In this document: positions 46,820 through 55,854 of the stretch, in pieces
Numbering within the stretch: the first letter of the stretch is position 1
How the letters are laid out: each line of letters starts with the position of its first letter
Source: an uncultured Melioribacter sp.
Lineage (GTDB): Bacteria > Bacteroidota > Ignavibacteria > Ignavibacteriales > Melioribacteraceae
Length of the DNA: 64,000 bases
Reading direction: 5' to 3'
Assembly (NCBI GenBank): GCA_964570865.1
Contig: CAZMZM010000006.1
Location: forward strand, 196-64,195
Notes under the pieces: generated by a model
What the model was told of the DNA's origin: nothing
Seen by the model: the letters and a program-made list of their open reading frames with translations, nothing else
Databases searched by the model: none
Program-made: the position numbers and the translations under genes

Positions 46820-49207
46820 TTAAAACCGTATTCTATATAATAACATTGGATAAAATCCTGTTTGGTATGTTCTGATAAAATTTTTTGTTCTCGGGTTATA
46901 TGCTTCCGAATAAATATTTTGATGATTTGTAATATTCTGTAAGTCAATAGCCCATTCTTGATTTATTTTTTTACCATTTAATTTAAACGATATTCTAATA
47001 TCTGTTCGAAAATAATTATCGTATTTTTTTTCAAATGCCTTGTTCCAATCGTAAACCGTTTCATTTTGTAATATTGAAGCATCAATATCAATTGGAACAT
47101 ATGGCTTACCCAATGCATAAGATGATTTAACATCAAAAGATAATGATAAGTTTTGATTAATATAAAATTCATAACCACCTAAAATATTGCATACAAAGTT
47201 ATTATTAAAAGCAGTATTTCGTGTTTTATCGTCGTATCCTTTGTATTTTGAATCGTAAAGTGACATTGTTGACAAAAAATAAAAGTTATTGCTTAAAAAC
47301 TTTTCGATTGTTATTTCCAAACCATAGTTCTCTCCGGTTCCTTTATTTTCTAAACTATCAGGTATTGATTCATAAAATTCTGTTCCGGTATTAATCATCG
47401 AAAATTCAGGAAACGTATTACTTACCGGAATGTTAAATAGATACTGATAATAAGTTTCTAATTTTATTCTTGTATTTGAATTAATAAAATATTCATAACC
47501 CAAAACTATTTGATGTGATTTTGAAAATTTCATATTTTGATTATTTTGTAAATATAAATTATCTGATAAATAAGTTTGGCTGAAATAATACATCCTGGGT
47601 TGCATTTGGCTGTGTAATCCGTACCCTGCACTAAGTTTTTGCTTTTCTGTAAGTTGATAAGATAGCCCGAATCGTGGTTCTATTGACACCTCCTTGTTAT
47701 AGAATTGAGAATAAATACCATAATTCGTCGTAAAAAAATTTGAAAATTTATGTTGCCAAGCCGAATATGCTCTAATAATAGAGATATTTTTATTTTTTAT
47801 GTTGTAATTATTATGAAAATCACCTGAGGAAATTAATACACTGTCAATCGCTTCAATATTATACAAATCATAATATATCCCTATTTTGTAATTATTTTTA
47901 GAATCAATTTTTTTTATAAAATGTGTTGAAAACGAGTATTTTATTTCGGTATTATTTGAACCGTAATATCTATAATTTGAGTTTTCAATTATTTTACCGG
48001 TATTGTCAAATTTCAATGAATCTAACTTCGTTGTTCCCTGAGCTCCTTGAATTGATAATATTGTTTTTATTCTTGTCTTCTCGTTGAAAAAATATAAATT
48101 TGAAAGAGCAAGAACTCCCGTATTAGTTCCATAGTCCAAATCGGTTCCCGATAAATTGTAGTTAGCATCATCGTTCGCTTCTATTTTGCTGTCGTGCAGC
48201 TGAATATAGCTTTTTCCTCCAAGTCCGAAAATTGTAAATTTACCTAATTTCGTTTTTAGTAAATCAATTTTAAAAGTTAAATCTTGATATTGAGGAATAG
48301 CCGTCCCTGTCCCAAAATCGAATCCTATTGCATTTAACAGCCCAAGAGTTGAATATCTGTAATTTATTAGATAAGATGATTTTTCCCCCTTAATTAATGG
48401 TCCTTCGGCACCAATCTCAAAACCGTTAAATCCGACTTGTGCAACATACTCTCGTTTTTGATTATTGCCCGAACGCATTGTTAAATCGAAAACACCCGAC
48501 ATTGCGTTGCCGTATTCAGCAGGAAAAGCCGATGTAAAAAAATCGGAATTGGAAAGCAAATTATTATTAAGCATACTTACAGGTCCGCCGGTTGTACCGC
48601 TTGCTCCAAAATGGTTTGGATTTGGAATTTCTATCCCGTCTAATCGCCATAATAAACCAACCGGAGAATTTCCTCTAATGATAATGTCATTTCGTTGGTC
48701 GTTGACCATTGTAACACCTGCAAAATTAGACACCATTCGTGCAGGGTCGCCCAAACTACCGGCATAACGTTCTGTTTCTTCTACCGAAAATGTCCTGGCA
48801 CTAATACTTGCCATTTCGTTTATCACATTACCTTTTTGCTTGTCGGCTATGATAACAATCTCTTTAAGATAGCTTGCTTGTTCTTCCATTTCTATATTTA
48901 ATACTAATTGCTTCCCTGATGTGAGCAAAACATTTGAGATATTAATAGTTTTATACCCTATAAATGATATCTGCAAACTATGTCTTCCAACGGGAATACT
49001 ATCAAATCTAAATTCCCCATCCAAATTTGTTGCTGTTCCAATTAAAGTACTTGTATTTAAAATAACAATTGAAGCTCCTGGTAATGGGGTTTGAGTTGTT
49101 TTATCAACAATCACCCCTCTGATTGTTTGTGTATAATTTTGCGCACTTAAATTAATTGAAATAATTAAAGTAATTATCAATAAAAATATTTTTTTCATAC
49201 TAAGCAT
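46820..49207 (-). CDS. TonB-dependent outer-membrane receptor with an N-terminal carboxypeptidase-regulatory-like domain
   Basis: 795 aa with a signal peptide. 'IRGVIVDKTTQTPLPGASIVILN' is CarboxypepD_reg-like. A plug and a long beta-barrel follow, ending ...LLYRIRF. An alternative ATG is at 49198. Confidence 0.78.
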   Translation of the reverse strand: MLSMKKIFLLIITLIISINLSAQNYTQTIRGVIVDKTTQTPLPGASIVILNTSTLIGTATNLDGEFRFDSIPVGRHSLQISFIGYKTINISNVLLTSGKQLVLNIEMEEQASYLKEIVIIADKQKGNVINEMASISARTFSVEETERYAGSLGDPARMVSNFAGVTMVNDQRNDIIIRGNSPVGLLWRLDGIEIPNPNHFGASGTTGGPVSMLNNNLLSNSDFFTSAFPAEYGNAMSGVFDLTMRSGNNQKREYVAQVGFNGFEIGAEGPLIKGEKSSYLINYRYSTLGLLNAIGFDFGTGTAIPQYQDLTFKIDLLKTKLGKFTIFGLGGKSYIQLHDSKIEANDDANYNLSGTDLDYGTNTGVLALSNLYFFNEKTRIKTILSIQGAQGTTKLDSLKFDNTGKIIENSNYRYYGSNNTEIKYSFSTHFIKKIDSKNNYKIGIYYDLYNIEAIDSVLISSGDFHNNYNIKNKNISIIRAYSAWQHKFSNFFTTNYGIYSQFYNKEVSIEPRFGLSYQLTEKQKLSAGYGLHSQMQPRMYYFSQTYLSDNLYLQNNQNMKFSKSHQIVLGYEYFINSNTRIKLETYYQYLFNIPVSNTFPEFSMINTGTEFYESIPDSLENKGTGENYGLEITIEKFLSNNFYFLSTMSLYDSKYKGYDDKTRNTAFNNNFVCNILGGYEFYINQNLSLSFDVKSSYALGKPYVPIDIDASILQNETVYDWNKAFEKKYDNYFRTDIRISFKLNGKKINQEWAIDLQNITNHQNIYSEAYNPRTKNFIRTYQTGFYPMLLYRIRF

Positions 49208-49890
49208 CCATTCTTATTATTTTTATAAATTACTCATATCGTTTAAGTATATGAGGTATTATTACCCGTTGGCTTTATTTTATTCCTAAATTATTATCCC
49301 TTTCTAACAATCTAATAACTTCTTGTAATCTCTTATTTTTGATTTCATCTTATTTATTACTATGAATGCACAATATATACTGTTTTCTATGACTTTGTGC
49401 AAGTTTATTAAAATTCCCCAACTCTGTTTTATTTCTATTTACTTTTGCCCTATTACACGTGTGAAGTCATTTTACAACTTTGATTTGTACGACTCCAACC
49501 AAATTCATTTAATTATCTTTTTTTACAAACTCGAACAACTATTAAAAAATATCTCATAACATTCACCTTATAAACAGAAATCAACATAAAATAAAGGCAG
49601 TCGGTGAAGAGTAACAAGATATATGTAATTAAAGATTAAAATCTTAATTTTGATGAATATTTTACTTTAGGCTCATTAACTACAAACAGTTTTAATTGGT
49701 CGTTAGTTTTGAATCCTTTGATATTAAATTATTATCTCTTAAACTAATAGCTTAGTGCTCACTAAACCTTAGGATGACTATTACTTCTAAATTCTTCAAA
49801 AAATTTTACCAACTAAATTTACTATTACAATATTACAACCTTGAACAGGCAATTATGATAGCTTGAGCCAATACCAATAGTTATGCCAAG

Positions 49891-50445
49891 TTATTTATTG
49901 TTGTACATACCAAAGGATAATCCAACACCAGCATATCCGACTTTTTCACTAAATGCACCAGCAAGCTTGAATAATAATCCAACATTATCACTCAATAAAT
50001 TATACTTCAATTCTAATCCCCACTTTAATAATAATTTGGATTCGGAAGAGCCTTCATCTAATTTACTATGTAATGAAAAACCAAGTAATGGAGAAAACCA
50101 AAAGGATTTTCCTCTAATGCTATGACGACCATAAACATTAAAATCCCAAAATGGACCAGGTAAACTTTTACCTCCAACATCTAAACTTGCTTGCTCATAA
50201 TATTCCGTACTTAGTCGAAGACCAAAGTTATACTTTTTATTCTGTGAAGAGTATAAATCATAGTCCAATAATACTCCAAATTCACTTGAAACAACAACAG
50301 ATACTGCCTCAATTTGAAATCCCCAAAAAGATGGTGATAATATCATTTCATTAGGATTTATTTTTGAAGTATCAGATTGACTAAAATTAACTTTAGGCGA
50401 CAATATAATTACTAATAATAAAACTGAAATATTATTAACATTCAT
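49891..50445 (-). CDS. Small predicted outer-membrane beta-barrel protein
   Basis: 184 aa with a signal peptide and alternating-hydrophobic strands. The gene is isolated between long AT-rich noncoding stretches. Confidence 0.5.
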   Translation of the reverse strand: MNVNNISVLLLVIILSPKVNFSQSDTSKINPNEMILSPSFWGFQIEAVSVVVSSEFGVLLDYDLYSSQNKKYNFGLRLSTEYYEQASLDVGGKSLPGPFWDFNVYGRHSIRGKSFWFSPLLGFSLHSKLDEGSSESKLLLKWGLELKYNLLSDNVGLLFKLAGAFSEKVGYAGVGLSFGMYNNK

Positions 50446-50719
50446 TTTACAAGTCTCCTTATTATGAACAGAGTGGTTACTTCCCCGTTGTTTTTTTAGA
50501 ACTTTAAGTGCTGCAACTCCAACTAATTTTTATTAAAAATATATTAATTCCTCAATATTAGCAATGGCAATATTCCCTTTATTGTGTTTATACAGAATAA
50601 ATAATGGTCTCAAATCTTTTAGTTTTGGGATAGAAATATTTCTATATCATTAATATATGATTTCGTATATAATATTTAACATTCATAATTACGGAATCTC
50701 AAAAAACCGTCATACACAA

Positions 50720-51502
50720 TTATTTATTTTTAAACTCAGGTTTCCTTTTTTCAAGAAATGCTCCGGTACCTTCCTTAAAATCTTCCGTTCCGCAGCAAAG
50801 GGAAAAATAACCCGCTTCCAATTTTTGACCTTCTAACTGAGACAATTCGGTTGCGGAGACAACAGCTTTCAGAGCAACATTAACAGCGACTTGAGCTTTC
50901 GATGAAATTTTTCCGGCCATGTCCAAAGCCTTATTCATTAATTCATCCTTTGAATAAACATGATTTACAAGTCCCAATCTCTCGGCTTCATCGGCTTTAA
51001 TGCTGTCTCCCGTTAATATATATTCCGCAGCTCTGCCGGGATTTATTAATTTGGCTAAGCGCTGCGTTCCTCCGTAACCGGGAATGATGCCTAAATTAAC
51101 TTCAGGCTGCCCGAAGATCGCATTTTCCGAAGCCAACCTAATATGACAAGCCATTGCAAGTTCACATCCACCACCAAGCGCAAAACCGTTAACTGCCGCT
51201 ATCACCGGTTTATCGGAATTTTCAATTTGATTAAAAACAGCTTGTCCTTTCTCCGACAATTTCCTTCCGGAAATCACGTCCATTTTGTTCAGTTCGCTAA
51301 TATCAGCTCCGGCCACAAATGCCTTTTCACCGGCACCGGTAATTATAACAACGTCAATCGAATCATCGTTTTCGATTGACTCAAAGGCTTTACCCAGTTC
51401 TGTGATTGTTAAATCGTTTAGAGCGTTATACTTTTCAGGACGATTAATTGTTAAAACTGCTACTCTTTCTTTTACTTCTAAAATTAAATTTTTAAAATCC
51501 AT
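50720..51502 (-). CDS. Enoyl-CoA hydratase (crotonase family)
   Basis: 260 aa with 'GAGEKAFVAGADI', 'AAVNGFALGGGCELAMACH' and 'QPEVNLGIIPG'. Confidence 0.88.
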   Translation of the reverse strand: MDFKNLILEVKERVAVLTINRPEKYNALNDLTITELGKAFESIENDDSIDVVIITGAGEKAFVAGADISELNKMDVISGRKLSEKGQAVFNQIENSDKPVIAAVNGFALGGGCELAMACHIRLASENAIFGQPEVNLGIIPGYGGTQRLAKLINPGRAAEYILTGDSIKADEAERLGLVNHVYSKDELMNKALDMAGKISSKAQVAVNVALKAVVSATELSQLEGQKLEAGYFSLCCGTEDFKEGTGAFLEKRKPEFKNK

Positions 51503-51510
51503 GACTTCCT

Positions 51511-52137
51511 CTATATTTTGATAAAAATTGGGATTCTTACTCTTAATGTAAAACCTAAAAATTGATAGCTGTAATAATAGTTGTAACTGATTAGGGCATC
51601 CATTAAAAAAACCGAAACTCCCACTCCGGCATGAAAACCGAAGTGTATCGATGAATCGTAATATTGCGACTTAAACGTTCCGTTATATTGATATTTATTC
51701 AGTATCACCCCAAAGTTAATTCCCCCTTCAACAAACGGCATAAGCAAAATAACCTGAGTGCTTATTGGTGAAAGAAAATACCTTACACCGGGTTGGAAAG
51801 CTAAAACTTTTGTGCTTAGTTCAAACACCGTCCCGGAAAGAACATCTTTAAACTCTGAAGGAAAATTTATAAACTGGGTTTTGCCGTAAACAAAAAAAGG
51901 AATTCGTCTGTTATCTGTGTAGGAAAGTATTACTTCAACGCCGGAAGCCATTGAGTGATTAATACTTAAATCGCCAACTGCAATTCTCGGTCCGACACCC
52001 ATTCCAAGGAAAAGTCCGCGCGCTTCACCAAGCTTAAAGTTAATCAATTGCCCGTATGAGGGAATCGATAAAAAAAGTAACGTCAGCAGAACGTATTTCC
52101 TGAGCTTATCCACAGAGAACAGCTCCGCCGTTAACAT
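51511..52137 (-). CDS. Predicted outer-membrane beta-barrel protein (hypothetical)
   Basis: 208 aa with a signal-like N-terminus and Gly/aromatic-rich strands. The start is uncertain: ATG at 52137 or GTG at 52113. Both overlap the end of the SDR gene. Confidence 0.5.
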   Translation of the reverse strand: MLTAELFSVDKLRKYVLLTLLFLSIPSYGQLINFKLGEARGLFLGMGVGPRIAVGDLSINHSMASGVEVILSYTDNRRIPFFVYGKTQFINFPSEFKDVLSGTVFELSTKVLAFQPGVRYFLSPISTQVILLMPFVEGGINFGVILNKYQYNGTFKSQYYDSSIHFGFHAGVGVSVFLMDALISYNYYYSYQFLGFTLRVRIPIFIKI

Positions 52138-52858
52138 TCATAATTTCACCGTTAATGTGTCTCGCCAAATCTGATGCAACAAACAAAATCGGATAAGCAA
52201 TATCATCAGGATTAGCAATCCGTTTAGTCGGAATATCATTTAAAATTTTATCTACCAACTCTTTATCTTTGAAAACTTCATTGTTCATATCGGTATATAC
52301 CCAACCGGGGGCTACCGAATTTACGGTAATCCCATACGGAGCAAGTTCAACAGCAAGCGATTTTGTATAAGCGTTCATCCCCCCTTTTGAAGCTGCGTAA
52401 TGTGAGTGAAATGCTTCGCCCCGAACTCCCGCCGTAGAAGTTACGTTAATTATTCTTCCGTAGTTTTGCTCCTTCATCAAGGGAATAACAAATTTCGCAA
52501 ATAAAAACGATCCTGTTAAGTTTATCTTAATTAGTTCTTCCCAAGTTTTTGTTGACATTTCATCAGACTTGCCGTACGTCCAAATACCGGCATTATTGAT
52601 TAAAATATCAATCCGCCCGAACTTTTCATAAGTTGATTTTACAAAAAGTTTAATTTCCGCTTCTTCACTTAAATCAATTTTACAATAATAATTTTCGTTC
52701 TTCAGTTCTTTGGCTACACTTTCAGCAGCTCTGTGATTCGAGTTGTAAGTGAATGCAACATTTGCTCCGGATTGGTCTAAAAGTTTTACACACGCGGCTC
52801 CAATCCCTCTTGAACCGCCTGTTACTATTGCTGCCTTTCCGGTAAAGTCTATATTCAT
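52106..52858 (-). CDS. Short-chain dehydrogenase/reductase (FabG-like)
   Basis: 250 aa with 'TGGSRGIG', 'NNAG' and catalytic 'YAASK'. Confidence 0.8.
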   Translation of the reverse strand: MNIDFTGKAAIVTGGSRGIGAACVKLLDQSGANVAFTYNSNHRAAESVAKELKNENYYCKIDLSEEAEIKLFVKSTYEKFGRIDILINNAGIWTYGKSDEMSTKTWEELIKINLTGSFLFAKFVIPLMKEQNYGRIINVTSTAGVRGEAFHSHYAASKGGMNAYTKSLAVELAPYGITVNSVAPGWVYTDMNNEVFKDKELVDKILNDIPTKRIANPDDIAYPILFVASDLARHINGEIMNVNGGAVLCG

Positions 52859-52859
52859 C

Positions 52860-53618
52860 TTAGTATCTCACTTTATATAAAAATAAACCTTTTGCTTTCA
52901 CGGCTTCTCCCGCTTTTGTTCTATCCCGTTCACGGATAATTTCCAGCAAATTATTTTTATCACCATTCAAATTATTTTCATTCAAAATGGTTCCTACCAA
53001 CGTACGAACCATTCCGTGCAAAAATCTATCGGCTTCAACGTAAAAGATAGTAAGAAAATTTCTTCTTCTCCAATGAATAGAGTAAATTTCACAATATTTA
53101 TTTTCAGTCTCGGTTTTAGCCCGCGCAAACGAAGTAAAATCGTGCTTCCCGAGAAACGCCGACGAAAGTTCGTTCAGTTTTTTCAAATCGAACGAAGAGG
53201 CTTGTGTATTGAGCCACGAATATCTTCCGTAAAAAGGAGATTTAACTGAAGAGATAAAATAAAAATAACTCCTTTTTTTAGCATCAAAACGGGAATGAAA
53301 ATTTTCATCAACTTCTTCGACATTTGAAATTGAAATCGATCGGGGCAACATCCCGTTTAATGAAAATTGCAACTTCCTTTTATCAATATCTTTATCGATT
53401 CTAAAATTTGCGACTTGCCCGAGTGCATGAACTCCCGCATCAGTACGTCCGGAACCGATAAGATTAATCTCTTCATTAAAAATTGTTTCCAGTTTTTCTT
53501 TTATTGTCTGCTGAACAGTAACCGCATTCTTCTGTATTTGCCAACCTGAAAAATCGGTACCATCATACTCAATTGTGAGTTTATAATTTCTCACCGCAAA
53601 ATCAAAATCTTTTAACAA
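52860..53618 (-). CDS. truA: tRNA pseudouridine(38-40) synthase
   Basis: 'YKLTIEYDGTDFSGWQIQ' and 'GSGRTDAGVHA' are present. The start is uncertain: TTG at 53618 or GTG at 53594. Confidence 0.88.
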   Translation of the reverse strand: MLKDFDFAVRNYKLTIEYDGTDFSGWQIQKNAVTVQQTIKEKLETIFNEEINLIGSGRTDAGVHALGQVANFRIDKDIDKRKLQFSLNGMLPRSISISNVEEVDENFHSRFDAKKRSYFYFISSVKSPFYGRYSWLNTQASSFDLKKLNELSSAFLGKHDFTSFARAKTETENKYCEIYSIHWRRRNFLTIFYVEADRFLHGMVRTLVGTILNENNLNGDKNNLLEIIRERDRTKAGEAVKAKGLFLYKVRY

Positions 53619-54330
53619 AATTCAATTTCAAGCCGTCATGAATTCCGGCGAAAGAACTAACGCTAAAATTTAATTGAAAAGTATTAGCAGAAGTTAAATG
53701 TTTATTGTGCAGCTTAATCACACGTACTGCATTAATTGCGCTTACGATTCTATTTAGTACCATTACACCGGCAATGTAATTCAAGCTTGTTTTTGCTTGT
53801 TCGCTCGAAGTCCACATATCCCTGTATGTTTTCCGTTCGGAGTTTGTTTTCCACTTCCAATAAAATGCGTCCCGATTATAAACCTCGTCAAAATTCCACT
53901 GCAAATCCATTGTGCCGTTGTACCGGTCAATGTTCATATATATTCCGATATTTCCCCAATATTTATCATTCTTACCTGCCGGATTTACTCCCGCATGCGC
54001 TACTGCATAATCGTGATAATCGTTTCGTTTCATTGTGGAATAGTAATCAACTCCGATATAAGTAAGCCATGAAACCGCTTCGAATATTGTGAAATATTTA
54101 CCTGTTGTGTAATCTCCGCCGTATAATTCCCCCATACCGGGCAGCAGCATGGAATATAATATTCCGAGCCCGACATTTTTTTTAACAAATGTGCCTTTTG
54201 TACCTGCTTCGTCAAAATTAATTACTCCGGATTCGTGCATTTCGGTTTTCAGTTTTATCAGTGAAGATTTATTTTGAGAAACAATTAATGTGGTGAACGC
54301 AAAAAAAATAATCACGAAAGCTTTGGTCAT
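53602..54330 (-). CDS. Secreted/membrane hypothetical protein
   Basis: The ORF-track start at 54348 is a TTG. The ATG at 54330 gives 'MTKAFVIIFFAFTTLIVSQ', a signal peptide. 'LLPGMGELYGG' faintly resembles DUF5683-type proteins. Confidence 0.5.
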   Translation of the reverse strand: MTKAFVIIFFAFTTLIVSQNKSSLIKLKTEMHESGVINFDEAGTKGTFVKKNVGLGILYSMLLPGMGELYGGDYTTGKYFTIFEAVSWLTYIGVDYYSTMKRNDYHDYAVAHAGVNPAGKNDKYWGNIGIYMNIDRYNGTMDLQWNFDEVYNRDAFYWKWKTNSERKTYRDMWTSSEQAKTSLNYIAGVMVLNRIVSAINAVRVIKLHNKHLTSANTFQLNFSVSSFAGIHDGLKLNFVKRF

Positions 54331-54348
54331 TTTCTTCTCTTTTTTCAA

Positions 54349-55644
54349 TTAATAAACAATTTTGCCGCTACAAAAATTTTCGTTGCAATCGACAATCCTA
54401 ATTTGAGTAAATTTATTAACTAAATCAACATTGAATTTGGTTTTAACCTTGATATAATTGGAACTAAACCCATACATATATCCATAGTGATTTGCATTTT
54501 CAAAAAGAACTTCCTGCATACTTCCCTTCATTGCGGAATAGAAATCGCTCTTTTTCTTTTCGCTCAGCTCTCTAAGTTTATTAGTTCTCGCTTTCCTTAC
54601 CGCAGGAGGAACAACCGCATCCAGTTTTAACGCATCAGTGTTTTCCCTTTCAGAATATGTAAAGGCATGAAGATAGGAAACCGGTAACGAATCAAGCAGA
54701 TTGTATGTTTCAAGAAAGTCATCATCCGTTTCACCGGGGAAGCCGGAAATGACATCTATTCCAATTCCGACATCCGGAATTTGCTCATGAACAGATAATA
54801 TTTTTTCCTTAAAAAAATCTCTGTTGTATCTTCTTCGCATCGCTTTCAATAGCTTATTGCTTCCGCTTTGCAAAGGGATATGGAAATGGTTTACGAGTTT
54901 TTCGGATTCTTTACAGAGCTTAATGATTTCATCGGAAAGCAAGTTTGGTTCAATGGAACTTATTCGAATTCTAAAATCACCTTTAACCGAAATCATTTTC
55001 CGCAAAAGTTTGTAAAGATTAGTTCCGATTCTATTTCCGTAATCGCCAACGTTAACGCCGGTTAGAATAATCTCCTTGTATCCGTCCGCCAAAATCCTTT
55101 TAAACTGTACAAGAACATCATCCACGGGAAGCGAACGACTTTTACCGCGTGCCATGGGAATTGTGCAATACGAGCAAGTGTAATCGCAGCCGTCTTGTAT
55201 TTTAAAAAATGCACGTGTCCTTGCATCAGCATCGGATGATGATGCAAAATAAAAATCATCTATTTTATCTGTCTCTTTAACCGAAACACAAGATTGTCCC
55301 GTCTCCCAAAAATTATCCCCCAACAAATCAAATATTTTAAATTTTTCTTCGTTACCTAAAACAGCATCAACTTCAGGCATTACGGAAAGCCGTTCGGATT
55401 GAATCTGAGCAAAACAGCCGGTAACAATTACATACGAATCGGGATTTCTCCTTTTTGCTCGTCTGATTATTTTCCGGCATTCTCGGTCTGCATTTTCCGT
55501 AACGGTACAAGTGTTAATCACATAAATATCTGCGGATTCGGAAAAATCCACGATTTCAAATTTTCTGTTTTTGAATTCCGAAGCTATAGTTGAAGTCTCT
55601 GAAAAATTTAATTTACATCCTAATGTATAAAAAGCGGCTTTCAT
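54349..55644 (-). CDS. mtaB: Radical-SAM methylthiotransferase (MtaB-like)
   Basis: N-terminal 'FYTLGCKLN' and radical SAM 'CDYTCSYCTIP' are present at ~430 aa. The ORF-track start at 55692 is a TTG; the ATG at 55644 is preferred. MtaB versus MiaB/RimO is not fully resolved. Confidence 0.7.
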   Translation of the reverse strand: MKAAFYTLGCKLNFSETSTIASEFKNRKFEIVDFSESADIYVINTCTVTENADRECRKIIRRAKRRNPDSYVIVTGCFAQIQSERLSVMPEVDAVLGNEEKFKIFDLLGDNFWETGQSCVSVKETDKIDDFYFASSSDADARTRAFFKIQDGCDYTCSYCTIPMARGKSRSLPVDDVLVQFKRILADGYKEIILTGVNVGDYGNRIGTNLYKLLRKMISVKGDFRIRISSIEPNLLSDEIIKLCKESEKLVNHFHIPLQSGSNKLLKAMRRRYNRDFFKEKILSVHEQIPDVGIGIDVISGFPGETDDDFLETYNLLDSLPVSYLHAFTYSERENTDALKLDAVVPPAVRKARTNKLRELSEKKKSDFYSAMKGSMQEVLFENANHYGYMYGFSSNYIKVKTKFNVDLVNKFTQIRIVDCNENFCSGKIVY

Positions 55645-55741
55645 TATTTCCAATCGAATAGTTAAATAAAAGTTGGTTCTATTGTGCACCAATTTTTCTA
55701 ATTACGCAGAAAATATTTCCCTTTTCTCTTGAGATTCATTC

Positions 55742-55769
55742 TCAATTATCCATTTTCAATTCTCAATTG
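55742..55769. repeat. Heptad array (TCAATTN)x4, copy 2 (one degenerate unit)
   Basis: tcaatta tccattt tcaattc tcaattg, preceded in phase by ttcattc (55735-55741). It lies between the rpsA terminator and the mtaB start. Confidence 0.75.
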
Positions 55770-55793
55770 CTTTTACTTCTGTCGGTAAGATAT

Positions 55794-55833
55794 AAAAAAA
55801 AGGATACCTTATTCCAACGGAATCCGGTATCCT
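55794..55833 (-). terminator. Intrinsic terminator after rpsA (potentially bidirectional)
   Basis: AGGATACC (55801-08) pairs with GGTATCCT (55826-33). An inner ATTCC/GGAAT pairing adds to the stem. The hairpin is flanked by an A7 run on one side and T5 on the other, so the minus-strand RNA has a hairpin followed by a U-run. Confidence 0.8.
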
Positions 55834-55854
55834 TTTTATATCTAAAAAGAAATA

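Noticed and set aside
49208-49890. Possible cobalamin/TPP-type riboswitch upstream of the TonB-dependent receptor
   Set aside because: Neither strand shows a B12-box-like or other GC-rich conserved core. The region is almost uniformly AT-rich. An Rfam scan would be needed to exclude weaker matches.
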